A DNA stretch of 46,203 bases from Chlorokybus atmophyticus (Eukaryota > Plantae > Mesostigma and Chlorokybus algae), in NCBI GenBank assembly GCA_009103225.1, contig RHPI01001464.1:1-46203 (forward strand), in the 5' to 3' direction. A model generated the notes under the pieces. That model worked only from the letters and a program-made list of their open reading frames with translations, did no database searches and was not told the DNA's origin. Positions 21,785-33,400 of this stretch are shown here, in pieces. The translations under genes and the position numbers were made by a program. Within the stretch, counting starts at the first letter, position 1, and each line of letters opens with the position of its first letter.

Positions 21785-22912
21785 CTGCCAGTAAGTACAC
21801 TGTTGAATGTCAAGCATGGAGTTGCTAAGGCAACAAGAGTGCGGTCTATACTGATTAATATAGACGATGGTAGTCGACGCCAGCATGTGTTTACAGGTCA
21901 GCGCATAGGTGGCAAGGGATTGTTGGCCTTGGACATCCTATGTGGCAGGTTGGAGGGCAGCGAGTGGTATTAGGGCATGACTACCACCTTGTTGTGGGAA
22001 TTAATAGCAGGCCTTGTAAGAGCTACTTAGGTGGGGTGCCTGGCTGTTGAAGGGGCTCTCCCTATGTAACTTGGGGCCTCACTCACAGACTCGACTATGA
22101 AGACCTAGATGGGTTCCAAGTTCAAGTCCTTCGGGTTTTAGGCTCATTATTACCCACTTCGTAACACCCTATCTACTTCCTTATGAGGTGTTGCTGGTAG
22201 CAAGGGACTGCGGCAAGGCGTATCATTGAATTCATGTTCATGTGCACAAGTTAGTGAGCCTTTCAACAGGTAAGTGGGGGACAAACGTAACAGGTTGCTA
22301 CACTTGCAATTAGTATGTGATGCACGGGGAGATGAGGCTAAATTCGCAAGGTGTGGCACACGCTCACGCACTTTACATAAGCGTAGCCAAGCATGTGCAC
22401 ACTTAAGGCAAACATACAACCAAGGCAACGACTAACCAAGTTTTGAAGCCTCTCCAAGTAGCTGTATTAGGAATGTAATTATATACTTGTGCTCAGTTTT
22501 ACTGCAATGCAAGTTAAAGATACATACTCACCCTACCGTTCTCCTCTACAACCGTTTCAACCACATAAGCTGCCATAGGTACCATGTCACTCCCAAATTA
22601 ATCACAACTAGCAATTATCAATCATATATAAATCTTATTAATGTACTTTAAGATACACCTCAATGTGCTGATTGTAACTGTGTGCCAATTCATGAAATAT
22701 GACCCCTCAAGCCTTCATATCCGATGTGTCACGCCACCGACACGCACGCGCATGACGGTATTGTGGCTGCCAAGACGGTTTGATAATGTTAAACGGCCCA
22801 CCGCGACCAGGCTTGCCAAGTATTCAATTGTTTGGTTCTGCTTGCCGGCGCTCATTCAGCCTCTCTCTTGTTGCAATGACGGTGTTTTGATTGCATGTGG
22901 CATTTAAAAACA

Positions 22913-22951
22913 TCATAATCGAGCATGCAACACATGCATGCTCGATTATGA
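22913..22951. repeat. Perfect 17-bp inverted repeat with a 5-nt loop
   Basis: TCATAATCGAGCATGCA-ACACA-TGCATGCTCGATTATGA. Confidence 0.85.
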
Positions 22952-23474
22952 GAATGGACAATCAGCAGTGGAATGCGGTTTTCTTATTTCAGTTCATGCG
23001 ACGTTGTACCATTATATATGTTTAGTTTTCAATTACATATGTTAGTACGACGTGTTACATATTTTTCAATAAGTTGTTGACATACATTGATGTTTGTAAG
23101 AGTATCAGAGGTGATGAGTGGCAAGCACCCGCATGGACATATACTTATGCGCATGCTCATGCACATAAAAGTATAATCAATAAAATATAAAAGCATGGCT
23201 TTTTGATCGCATCCATCAGCAATTATGAACAGCAAACTACATTCCAAACAAGAGCACAACAGTGCTACATGTGCACGAATGACAATCCTAAACACTTGAA
23301 ATTTCTTTGCGCACATGTTTACGTGACACGCTTACCACATTATTGAATGTTCCAACGCTACTGCTTATTACCCAAAAGATGTATCCGGGTCATTCTATTG
23401 GCAATGGTTTTCAAACATATCGGAGGTGCGGCATCCAGCCAAGTTTTGACTGAAGAACTTACTTATGGCTGCAT

Positions 23475-26400
23475 TCACTGCGCAGCAACAAAACTTGTCA
23501 ATATACCGTCTGAATGACATGCGTGTCAATATCATCACCGAGTCCACTTACGTTTTGTAGTATCACCCGCGCTGTATAAGCCGTGGCGGAAGTCAAGCTT
23601 GACCGAAAGGGGACACTAGACATGGGTTAAGCGCTTTGTTGACATGCACCATTACATCTACCACACGACAAGATTGCATGCAAGCAAAGATTGGTTTGAA
23701 ACCCCACCTGCCAATAGTACACCGTTTCCGCATTGAGCAGAGCCGCGGTGGCTTCCTTTGCGAACACGTCAGTCTGAGTAGTTGAGAGATTAATGAGCAG
23801 GAACTTATCTCATTGCTTGGCTGACACCCCAACACATGCGCACTCGCGCACTTGTGCGCACACATACATGTGTACACCCACTGCATGCGTGAGAAGCCTG
23901 TTCACATACACGTGCACTCAGTGACAACAAAAACAAACGTACCTGCGTCACAGGGGTGCGTAGGGCTTGAGAGATGGTACGGTTGCCAAAGTAGCGCTTA
24001 ATGAGCTGCACACACACAAACCGCTTCAACATATGTCTTGCAAACACGACTGACAAGCAGTATCTCAAGCCATACACAAAGAAGCAGCATGGAGCATCCG
24101 TACCCGCCCATCCTCGATTGCGCGGCTGGCGAATGCATCATAGAGCTTGGTGTAAGGCTTGATGTTGTCGGGATACTGGCAAGGATTGAAAGTGTGCCAT
24201 TGATATGAAGAACAGCCGTGCTTTCCACGCGCTCTCCCCGCCGGGAATGCCGCCCTGTTAGACACATGGTTAAGAATGTGCGTGGTTGCAAGCGTTTGTA
24301 TGTATACACACTTACGTTGCGCATGATGGTGCAATGGTCGTTACTGTCACGTTGATGCTTTTGGACACCTGAACGCCTTCCTGTGAGAGCGTTATCGTAA
24401 TGCGCTTCACTCCGCCAGTGCCGTATTGGCAGTAGCCTGTCTTGTTGCCCTGTCACAAGCACCAAAGCATCAAGCAGTGTGAGGGACACAGTACTGCAAC
24501 TGCATACATGCACACGTGTGCGCTCACCACGTTGTCTGGACCACAGTCAATTGTCAGCACATATGGCAGACATGAAACCAACGTGTTTGACACGGTGATC
24601 TGGATGGCTTCTCCAACCGCGGCTCTTGCATTCCCACTTGCAGGCACATCACGCACGGAGATAATCTTCGGGGGCATTATGCTGCCAAAGACGGTGACGT
24701 TGGTAGTGAGGATGACAGGGATCGTGTTGGGGCAGGAGGCACTGTCGCTGCTGCTGGCTTGCACACGTACTGGATACACTCCCGGCCGGAGCTGCAGTGT
24801 GGCCGCGCTGAAAATGGGGCTCAGCCCCGTCGCATCGTCAAAGGCGCCATCACCGTCAAAATCCCAGGTCAAGTCCCTCACATTGCCGCACTCGTCGACG
24901 CCCCCGCTGGCTGCCACAAAAGTGCTCCCGCACAAGCGTACTCTGTACGGCCCTCCGATGCTGCACACTCGAGAGGTATGCAATTGACCACGACAACCGC
25001 GACAACAAGGACAAGGCCAAGCGGCAGGCAGGTATGCGGGTTGCACTCACTAGTTGGCAGCAATTGTGATGTTGCGCGAGCGCAATACGGACACGCCATT
25101 TTGAGTAAAGGTTGCGATGATGACTTTCTGACCTGGGGTATTATATCGACAGAGCGCTCTTTCAGGGGTCTACGCACACACACGCGCGCGCACCGTCAGC
25201 ACAGGAAACTTGCATGCAGCTTGGCATGGCAGCAACAAAACACGCTTGCAACTTACCACATCGTCTGCCGGATCAGAGCCTGCGCCGCAGTCAACAACGA
25301 CGGTAACAGACAGGCAGTATATGTAACGGCTTGTTATGAGTACGTAAATATCTTCGCCGGTTGTAGCGACTGGGTTGTTGCTCAACGGGCGCGTGGATAT
25401 GCTGAAGATGGCAAGCTTGTCACCCGCCGTCACCGTCACGTTGACTGTGTGCACTTCTGTTGGCGAGGCGGGGCAGGCCGGGCTGCTGTAGGATTTCACA
25501 CGTACAGCGTGGACACCGGGAAAGAAGTTGTCATAGCTGCTGGTGTAGACGAAAGGCTGGCTCCCGTAGGCGTCAGAATATATACCGTCATGGTTCACGT
25601 CCCACCTAAGGTCACGTATCCTCCCGCACGCGTCATAGGTGTCGGGAGCTGAGAGCCGCAAGGTGTCGCATGGGGCGATGCGGTACGGTCCTCCCATGCT
25701 GCTCGCGCGTAAACACGCACACAAGCAGTTGAGTGCACTGCATGCGCCATTCCGCCATTAAAAAAAGTGTAGCAACAGCACTTACTTAAATGTTGTGACT
25801 GTTGTGTTGACTGAGCGCGACGCCACGACGCCAAACTGTGCAATGGTGACGCTGATGGTCTTAATGCCCGGGCTGCTGTATCGACAGTACTCCGGATCAA
25901 CACTCTGAAACAGTACATGTGCGTGAATATACAACACCAATGGGAGCTTGCAAACACACACTCATGCAAGCGCGCTACTCACCACACTGCCTGGACCGCA
26001 GTCTATCGTAAGGTTGTCAGGCTTGCAGACTGCCTTGGAGCTCTGCACAGTCACATAGATGTTCTCCGCGACGCTTGCAACCCTGTTGCCGCTCCTTATA
26101 TATGGTTCCACGCTGCGGATGACTAATGGCGCGATGGTGACGTTGACGGTGGTGCTCACGACTTCGGGAGGAGAATCCGGGCAGGCGTTGCTGCTAGCGC
26201 GGACGCTTATTGTGTGAACACCGGAGCCGAGGCCCAGCTTGTAGGCGTTGAAGGTGGGCTTGTGCCCAATTGCATCATCAAACTCGCCATCGTTGTGGAG
26301 GTCCCAAGTAAGTGACTGCTCTGCACGGCATGCATCCACGCTTGCGACGGCACTCAGCCGGACATCGCTGCAATAACCCGCGCGGTACGGCCCTCCCATG

Positions 26401-29400
26401 CTGAAACAATGAACGTTGGTTTCAGCTATGTGCATGTGTGCGCTGTGCATGCGTCCATGCGTGCTCAAGAGGCAATGCTTTGCGTTGTAGAAGGTGCTAT
26501 TTACATGAATCCCGAGACCGTGATACTGATGCTTTCGGACACCACAAAGCCAGACTGCTCCAGCGTCACCGTGATCACTTTTTCTCCAACCTTATTGTAG
26601 CGACAGAGGTTTGACCCACTGGGGCCCTGTCATTGCAAGAATCAGGCAGGATCAGGCACACATGCACGTGCGAGCACAAGTCGTTAGCGGGGATGACACT
26701 CGACCAGCAACCATCGCACACTCTCACCACATTGTCCAGGCCGCAGTCGACGGTTTGGGTCAAGGGCAGGCAGTACTGTGCGTAGCTTGACGTTATGATT
26801 TTCACTGTCTCTCCGATTGTTACGTTGGGCCTGCCGCTTACCGTAGATGCGCGCACGCGGGTGATGATAGGCGGTGTGGTGGTGATGTTGAGAGTGGTAC
26901 TTCGCACTAGAGAAGGAGAGGCTGGACAGGAGGGGCTGCTGCTCACTTGAACACTTATTGTGTTCAAGCCGAGGGGCAGGCCCTGAACAGAATTGTCAAG
27001 AAGAGGGTGGTCCCCGCTGGCGTTGTCAAAGGCGCCGTCGCCGTCAAAGTCCCACTCGAAAACTCTGTAATTGCCACAAGCGTCGACACCCGTACCCGCA
27101 TCCACAGTCACGTAACCGCATGCGTCCACTTCGTACGGCCCACCGATACTGATGGGTAGTTGTTGATATCAGACATGATTGTGGTCGTGCATGTGCGCGC
27201 ATGTGCACGAGCAGCAAGGACTTACGATAGGTTGTTAACTGTGACGACGAGTTCTGCAACCGCAACAAAACCATCTTGCTCTACCCTGGATGTGATACGC
27301 CTGTCTCCGGGGCTTGTGTACTGACAATAGTATTCATAATTTGGCACTGGATCTTTGGTCGCCTGCCATCCGCAAAGAGGGCGTCTCAGCTATGAGTGTT
27401 TGCTTTTGCAACATGCGTGCAAGCGCAGCAGCGTGTGAGCCCAAGCTGGCAGCTTGCTTACCACATTGTCCGGACCACAATCAATAGTCAGATTATAGGG
27501 CTTGCACAGAGCAACGTCAAGGGCCGCATAGACTGGGAACACCTCTCCTACATAGGCTTCGTTGTTGCGAGATGTCGTGTAAGTGTACATGGACGGGATG
27601 GTAGGGACGGCAAGGCCGGTGATCGTGAGGGTGGCATTGAGCAATATGGGGTCGGGGGAGCCTAAGCATGGTGAGGGGCTGCTGGCTTGAGCTCTGATTG
27701 TGTACACGCCAGGGTGCAGGTAGCTCGGCGCGATGACGGGTCTCTCCCTGTATGCATCATCAAATTCACCGTTGCTGTCTATGTCCCATGCAAGTTCACG
27801 ATGCTGCCCACACGCATCAAACCCGGCGTGCGCTTGCAGCTCAACCTGACCCGGGGTCTGGTGGCCAGCATTGTCATCGACACACTCCGCCACGGTGTAC
27901 GGCCCTCCTGCACTGCACTCGGTACCGCAAGTATGCGTCAACAACTAGCACAACAGCAGAGTAGACACGTCATTTCATGATCATCATGCTGTCAACATGC
28001 ATGCTGCGCAAGGACGCGAGCTCAATGCACATGTCCTTGCGTGTGTCGCTGATGCCAGACGGAACAAACTTTACAAGCCATCACTTACTATGGGATTGCG
28101 CCGATGGTTTGGGTCGCGCTCAATCCGAAGCACCACTTGCCAGGCTGCAGAGGCAGGAAACAACAGTAAGTGGGACTGCCAAGTCTGCTGAGGACACCGT
28201 GTGAAGTTTATGCATGCACGAACACATGCATGCGTCTGCATGCACATGCACATGCGTGAGGGCATGCAGTTCCAGGTGTGTTTGTGCCGATGCAGCTGCA
28301 TGTGGTCACATATATGTGCATGTGCAAGCGTGCAGCAGTGCGCGCGGGCACATACATGCGTGCAAGGCCTGTCTTATTGATGATGCAGACAGCATTTGGA
28401 TGGCAGTTGTGCCCACCTGCCCGATGTTTGAACTCAGTCTAGTTGTATTGCCAATCACAGCGGTGCGCGCATTGGGCAGGGTGTAGCTGCGGACCCCATC
28501 CCCGACATTGAATCCCGCTTGAGCTGTGCAACACAAGCACACGAACACCAAACCTTAGGGTCAGGTTCTGATTACATTATGTGCACGAACGAGAAGCGTG
28601 TGCAGCTGGAGGCCTCCCCTAGGGGGGAAGTCGCAACGTACCATAGTTGCCAAAAGTTTGGGGTTTGTCATTGGCGTACAGTAAGAAAATAAAGATTGTG
28701 TCGGTGTTGAAAGCGATGACGATCTGCAAAGCTTCAGCTCCGTCTTGTGTTGAGCTGTAGCGGGCAACCTGCGCCCCCCGAACAAAGGAGTTACTGCATC
28801 AAGATCTGAACAGCGCATGTGCCCGCACACATGTACCCACATTATTCCAGGTGGCAATGACGGCTGATGTTGCGCCGAAGCCAGCTGCAAGTTGTGCGGC
28901 AGGAAAGACTCCACGAACATCGTCGCTGATAGTGGCGAGTAAGGCTGTGTCGTTGACCGCGCGGTATGTGATCTCGCCACAGTTGGGGCAATTGGTGAGA
29001 AGGGATGTCCAGAAGCCTGCCACCATGATGAACCGAGGGTCTCGCGCAGGGAAGTCAACAGGATTACTCCCGAAGTACGGCTTGCGGAAGTGCATGGCGC
29101 CTGAAAGACACACAACATCCGAATTGTGAGTTTGCAAAGGCTCACAGCAAGGGCAGCTGTTATGCACTGTTTTGGGCTCCGTATTTCACAGCACCATGCT
29201 CTGCAATGCATAGGGCAGGTCACAAGCTTGCAACACTCGCCGTTGCTGTTAATGTACACGCCGCGCACGCTCGGGGACCCGAACACCGGCACCGCGGATG
29301 GCAGAGGGATTATGCCGGAACTGCATGAGAGGCACCTGCTTCCCACAGACGAGAGTCACATCCTTGGCACAGTCCAAGCAGTGCGTGCAGTTTGCAATGT

Positions 29401-29705
29401 GAAAAACGCAGAGTTTACAAATGCAGGCGTCATCGCCGTGATCAGCTGGCTGGTCAGATGTGTCTGTCTCTCACACCAATGCCAGCCAGCTACGTGACAA
29501 GAGAACGACATGCGCCTCAAGGGTTTTGCCATCAACATGAGCAACGTTGGCTGGCGTGGCACAAACCTAGCATGCAAATTGAGACATACCCTTTCATCAT
29601 CGTGTCGCCGCTGACAGCACCAAAGGGGTAGAACTCCTCCACGGTGAGAGCGGAGGCGCATGCAGCCAAAAGCGCCAGCAAAAGCAACCATGCTGCCATT
29701 GCCAT
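23475..29705 (-). CDS. Gene B: secreted NIDO-domain protein with five tandem PKD/Ig-like modules and an unknown C-terminal domain (~1310 aa, ~21 exons)
   Basis: Phase-consistent exons: 29705-29590, 29335-29241, 29100-28841, 28768-28642, 28523-28417, 28144-28089, 27912-27462, 27362-27226, 27148-26728, 26626-26505, 26400-25983, 25904-25786, 25698-25257, 25169-25051, 24960-24528, 24449-24316, 24254-24104, 24005-23943, 23773-23708; 23615-23552 and 23509-23475 are tentative. A signal peptide is followed by NIDO hallmarks FYPFG..GD, PVFG..VYINSNG, MVAGFW, ITYR, IATWNNV, LQIVI, AQAGFNVGDG and SNIGQPGKWCF. Five repeats of GGPY..DACG..WDxDxDGxFDxAxG..P..PG..TIDCG follow. Confidence 0.85.
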
Positions 29706-30468
29706 AGACGGCTGTGAAGGAGAAGGAGCAGCCCGGCCCATCCTTGCAGCCTGTCAAGCAGTCGAGCAGACAACTGATTGAAAAAGGCGCCTATGCTTAC
29801 AGCTGTGAAGGTGGATGCGGACCAGCCAAGTAATGGCGCATAGAGCAGAGCAGCAAATGGACAGACTAGCGTGCATGCAGCTTGAGCACATACGTACACA
29901 CCCATGCACGGAGCAGCCCACAGGGCGGAAGTCTAGACAGCGGCGGCAGCAGCAAGCAATTGCAGTGAAGGATGAAGCGTTTTCGCAGCAACACAAGCAG
30001 CCAGACATCGAGTACCCACCGGGCCGAGGGTCGTGGCGGTGGCGGCGACGGCGGCGGCCACCATCAGGCGCAGCCCGCTGCTCGCAAGCAAACAAGCTGA
30101 TCTGAAGCTGGTAGGCTACTACGTAACTACTACGTAACTATCCCCTATCCCGCTGTCTCCTTCGTGCCACTAGCCTAGCTGCCGCGGCCATCCGCATCAA
30201 CGGGAGACGCGGCCCAGGGGGGGGCCCCGCGACGGCGTTAGCGCTGCCCCGCTGTTGTCGCTCGCGCCCCCGCTTACGTATTCAACAACGTGATACACGC
30301 CACAACACGGCATGTTCTGGTTCGCGTTGCCTTCTGCGGCAGAAGTTACTGCCTGCCTGCTGGTAGGGCGTGGCCAGTTTCTTGGGCGAGGCGCTGGTGC
30401 GTGCTCGCTGCCCGGTAGAGAGAGTGTTTAGTAAGCCTTCCTCCCTTATGAATCGCGCTAAACTGACC

Positions 30469-33400
30469 AGGTAACATTATATAACATCACATTTCCTGCC
30501 ATCAAAGGGGTTTAGTTTGATGTTGGCATTGATTCTGTCAGATAAAAGAGGTTGTTTGTCTCTCTCCATGTAACCAACGACGGTGTGCGCGTTTGATTCA
30601 AGCCATGTCATCACGTATGCTCGATTACACAAAAGTAATAATGATGTACTAATAAGGTTTGATTGTAGTTAATCAATAATGCGACGTACTGATTTAATAT
30701 ACGAGCACACAATTTATCTGCACAGCTTACAACTTAATCAAGTGATAATCATGATCATTGCATTGTACAGACATATAAAAAATTTGCGGGTCAAATGCAA
30801 GCGTGCTGCAGCATAAGGCATGAGGTATAATTAAACCTGGTAATAAGAATCCCGTTTGTCCTTCAACTTTTTATTCCACCAACGGAGTTTTTCTCTTGGC
30901 GTTAAAAAGAATATAATAGTATACCGCACTATTGTAAAATATATCCTTTATGCATAAAGATATTGGGCAATAACTTTATGCCATGTCATCGCAGCATGAT
31001 GCAGACGTGGCACTTATAGATCAATACGTATATTATTAGAATAATATATATATATATAATATATATATTTAAATGTATAGTCAACCTTCTACTTATGCAT
31101 CCATCTTATATTCAATGAAGTATCAAGCTGTTATGGGTGTATTCCCCCGTTACAAAAGTAGGCCCCCTCAAACTTCAAGCCTTCGCTTTATTGCGTACGA
31201 GAATCATCTTTTAGCCAACGATATTGTGTCTAGAGTTTAATCATAATCTTTTCCAAATCTGTAATCTTAACGGGGTTGTTCATAAATTAAAGTCATATAT
31301 TATGGGTAGACTGTATCGCTCCCATATGGCATTAACGTCAGCATCCTACTACTTTGGGGGCACAAAAGGGCACAAAGTCTTGATTGCAAAATAGTATTTC
31401 TCGCTGATTGTTCTCAAAAGTGAGCGTACAAGTCGTGCGCATACTTCATATACTGTTATTTTAACACTAGGATGGCTGCTGTACTACTTTGATACTTGTA
31501 CTTAGAAAAGTACCAAAAAACGGGTTTTTCTTGCCACCAAACTGTGTAGTATGAATCTATAGTCGTGCCATATATGATTGAAAGCATAAATCCAAGGCCT
31601 ACATAACGTTGAGATTTAGTAGTCATCGGTGTAGCACCCTCAAATTTTTATAATCATACCAAATTGCAACACAGCATGACTCGGTGCGTAATCATGAAAT
31701 CACAAATGCTATATAAAGCATATCATGACGACCAACCTTGCAATAGCATTAATACATGCTAGCAAATACAGGTTATGTTCACTTGCGCACACATTATTAG
31801 GTTCAAAAAGGTTTTTAAGTAATAACACCATACCTCATTGCGCAGCTGCAGGCTGCATATTTATAAGCATGCTTAAAATTTTCACACCATGCTCATGCGG
31901 CAATCAGCCTAACGCAAAACTTTCCATGAATTTATACGTCATAAGGAATGCCTTCTCATAAGGGTTCGATTTTTTAAGGTCTACATTTGTTGTAGCATGT
32001 TACCCAAGTTACATAATAGTACTGAATACAATGGTACAATTACCGGCCAGCCTAGTGATAAGGCAATAAAAATGCTGCATGCTTTGCAATGTACTTATTG
32101 CATTATTAATACACTTGATATGTCAGCGGCCCATACGCGTACGGAACGGTTCCATAAAGTAGAATTGGTACAATTGTGCCACTTAGTCATACTAACAGTA
32201 CATCACACAATTATTGTAATTGTGATTGCAATGTGAGTGGGGCCTAAGAATCCATGTGAGCTTGTACGCTACAATATTATGTTAAAGTGTTTAAGCAACA
32301 GCTTGTGTGTAAGCACTTGCGGGGACCGCATCGCTGTCGTATGCTCGCTGCCAAATTACCACTTGCTAACAATACAGAGCAACGAGGCTCACTAGATATC
32401 GTGCTTAAAGGAATCAAGCACGCAGCGCGCGCAATGTGTAATGGGGGCCCTTTTCTTTACCTCCTTGTAATGCACTCGGCGGCAAAGGGTTTGTTACTTC
32501 ACTTGGATACTTAGTAGCGACTTTGTTCACATGCCGCATGACTTCACCCGGCGACTCTTTATTATCGGAATTAAGCGGCTTCACCAAATCCGAATTGGAG
32601 GTTCGCAACTCCGTGATTCTCACCGAAGTCTACCCCGATCTCAATCCCCAACCCCGATAGTTCACTTAGCGACTTCGCTATGAACTAGCCTTACCGCGGG
32701 GAATGATTCGCTCTGGCCAAAGACGGCGTGGTTAGGCACCTAGTAGTGGGAGGGACTATGAGAACTATCAGCCAACTTGACAGTTTGTTCCCCCCAACCT
32801 CACAACAGATTGAACTCAATTACCCTAGCCAAGTGAGGTGGCGTGTATTTAGCTGGTCGCCAAACCCGCATGACTTTCAATTTACTCAAATACCCTTGCG
32901 GTGATAGGAGTCAGTGGCTGCTTAGGCCTACGTGCAAGCGGTATTCAACTAACCATTCACTTACGAATTGTTACGATGTGTCGTAACCAAGCACTTTTTA
33001 TGTGCGTACAAGCGGGAGCTAAAGACTTAGGCTTTTTTGCGGCTTCGCAAAATCTCCATACTCTCACGCCCTTAGTACAGGCCGCGACTCCATAGCCGCG
33101 AGGGGAATTGCCGCCTTTAACTGCTCAACCCCTACGCAATGACCGTAAATTGATTCGCTGTGACTCAATATTTGCTTATAGCACGATTGTTAATCTCTAA
33201 TCCATAATGGGATCTTTTGCTGGCTCCTTCTTACGATTCAGGACCCTAAACGCTTGCAACAACCCTGCTAACCGGCATGCACACATAAGCTATGCTTGGT
33301 GACTCGTGTCCGTTCCATTTTATCATGAGTTTCACCTGCTGGAGCACTTTTACACCTCCAGCACCGTGCATGCTAATTGCTGATTCATTAATTAACTCAA

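Noticed and set aside
29419-29445. 27-nt AG..GT-bounded segment that could encode DHGDDACI as a NIDO micro-exon
   Set aside because: In the required phase 2 it reads through TGA stops. Direct splicing of 29590 to 29335 already gives correct NIDO spacing.
32440-32690. LSGFTKSE as a LAGLIDADG-like motif, suggesting organellar intron origin of the AT-rich block
   Set aside because: The key acidic and Gly residues are missing and no organellar genes or RNAs are recognisable nearby.
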